From contig CAMTVM010000004.1 of NCBI GenBank assembly GCA_947085195.1, positions 1,624-65,623 of the forward strand: DNA of 64,000 nt, given 5' to 3'. Shown piece by piece: positions 63,427 through 64,000 of this stretch. Both the position numbers and the translations under genes were made by a program. The DNA is from an uncultured Chloroflexota bacterium (GTDB lineage: Bacteria; Chloroflexota; Limnocylindria; Limnocylindrales; CSP1-4). Positions within the stretch are counted from its first letter, which is position 1; each line of letters opens with the position of its first letter. Below the pieces are notes generated by a model that was given only the letters and a program-made list of their open reading frames with translations, did not search any database and was not told the DNA's origin.

Positions 63427-63780
63427 TCAGACCAGCTCGATCTGCACGATCTCGGCGGCGTCGCCCTTCCGCTGGCCGAGGTGCACCAGGCGGGTGAACC
63501 CGGACTGGCGATCGGCGTACTTCGGGGCGATGACGTCGAACAGCTTGCTCACGACGAGCGGCTCGTTCGGGAGCGCCGAGACGACCGTCCGTCGGGCCGC
63601 GAGATCCCCGCGCTTGGCGAGCGTGATCATCCGCTCGACGTAGCCGCGGATCTCCTTGGCCTTGGCCTCGGTGGTCTTCACCCGCTCGTAGCGGAGGACC
63701 GAGACCGTCAGGTTCTTGTAGAGGGCGAGGCGCGGTCCGCGCTTGCGCGAGAGCTTGCGCCCGTCGATTCGATGGGCCAT
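63427..63780 (-). CDS. rplQ: 50S ribosomal protein L17
   Basis: Track ORF. MAHRIDGRKLSRKRGPRLAL... Confidence 0.9.
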   Translation of the reverse strand: MAHRIDGRKLSRKRGPRLALYKNLTVSVLRYERVKTTEAKAKEIRGYVERMITLAKRGDLAARRTVVSALPNEPLVVSKLFDVIAPKYADRQSGFTRLVHLGQRKGDAAEIVQIELV

Positions 63781-63783
63781 GGC

Positions 63784-64000
63784 TCAGGCCTCCTCCTCGT
63801 CGCCGCCGAACGGCTCCTCGTCGTCCAGGGCGTCCTCGGACTCCGGCTCCGGGAGGATGAAGCCGCGCATTCGGAGGCGCTCCTTCATCTCGTCCAGCGA
63901 CTTCTTGCCGAAGTTGCGCATCCGGAGGAGGTCGTCGTCCTTGAGCTGCAGCAGCTGGCCGACCTTGACGATGTTGTTGCGCTTCAGCGAGTTGTAGGCC
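63784..64000 (-). CDS. rpoA: DNA-directed RNA polymerase alpha subunit, C-terminal domain (partial, runs off window end)
   Basis: My translation of minus strand 63784-64000: AYNSLKRNNIVKVGQLLQLKDDDLLRMRNFGKKSLDEMKERL...EEEA*, alpha-CTD signature; not in track because no start inside window. Confidence 0.8.
   Translation of the reverse strand, partial: AYNSLKRNNIVKVGQLLQLKDDDLLRMRNFGKKSLDEMKERLRMRGFILPEPESEDALDDEEPFGGDEEEA

Overview
This 64-kb window is very GC-rich and densely coded on both strands. Most ORFs in the six-frame track are antisense or out-of-frame artefacts of the GC bias. I called about 63 genes by recognising protein families in the translations.

The gene order looks actinobacterial (rpoA-rplQ-truA-rplM-rpsI, tsaE-tsaB-rimI-tsaD, ksgA-ispE, alr, glmS/glmM/glmU). 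I infer Actinomycetota, possibly Thermoleophilia-like, but cannot verify it.

Main blocks:
- **1-1.9 kb:** partial LuxR/MalT-type STAND ATPase regulator.
- **1.9-12 kb:** a ferredoxin-linked module (ppdK, FNR-type reductase, nfnAB, tungsten-type aldehyde:ferredoxin oxidoreductase plus a radical-SAM/SPASM gene).
- **12-16 kb:** a convergent sulfur-carrier operon (MoaD-like GG protein, E1-like MoeB with a C-terminal extension, cysteine desulfurase, an orphan 178-aa protein, a SHOCT membrane protein).
- **16.4-17.9 kb:** glyQS.
- **18-37 kb:** a large glycerol island with multiple paralogues. It holds a dhaL-histidine kinase-response regulator operon, dhaM/dhaL, glpF, dhaK/dhaL, glpK, dhaM, glpABC, a second glpA-like flavoprotein fused in an operon to SdhB/SdhC/SdhD-like subunits, panE-like and tandem plsY copies.
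- **37-48 kb:** housekeeping genes (recO, polyprenyl synthase, CNNM/CorC, glmU, ridA, ispE, ksgA, tsaD/rimI/tsaB/tsaE).
- **48-52 kb:** an uncharacterised four-gene cassette (unknown, ASKHA-like, small acidic, macro domain) between tsaE and alr.
- **52-60.4 kb:** alr, nnr, acpS, glmS, glmM, cdaR, cdaA.
- **60.5-64 kb:** a TPR protein, an argF 3' remnant, rpsI, rplM, truA, rplQ and partial rpoA.

I recognised no rRNA or tRNA genes, no CRISPR array and no transposase.

The candidates most worth a second look are the GlpA-paralogue/SdhBCD-like hybrid, the DhaL-coupled two-component system, the AOR-adjacent radical-SAM plus sulfur-carrier operon, and the macro-domain cassette.
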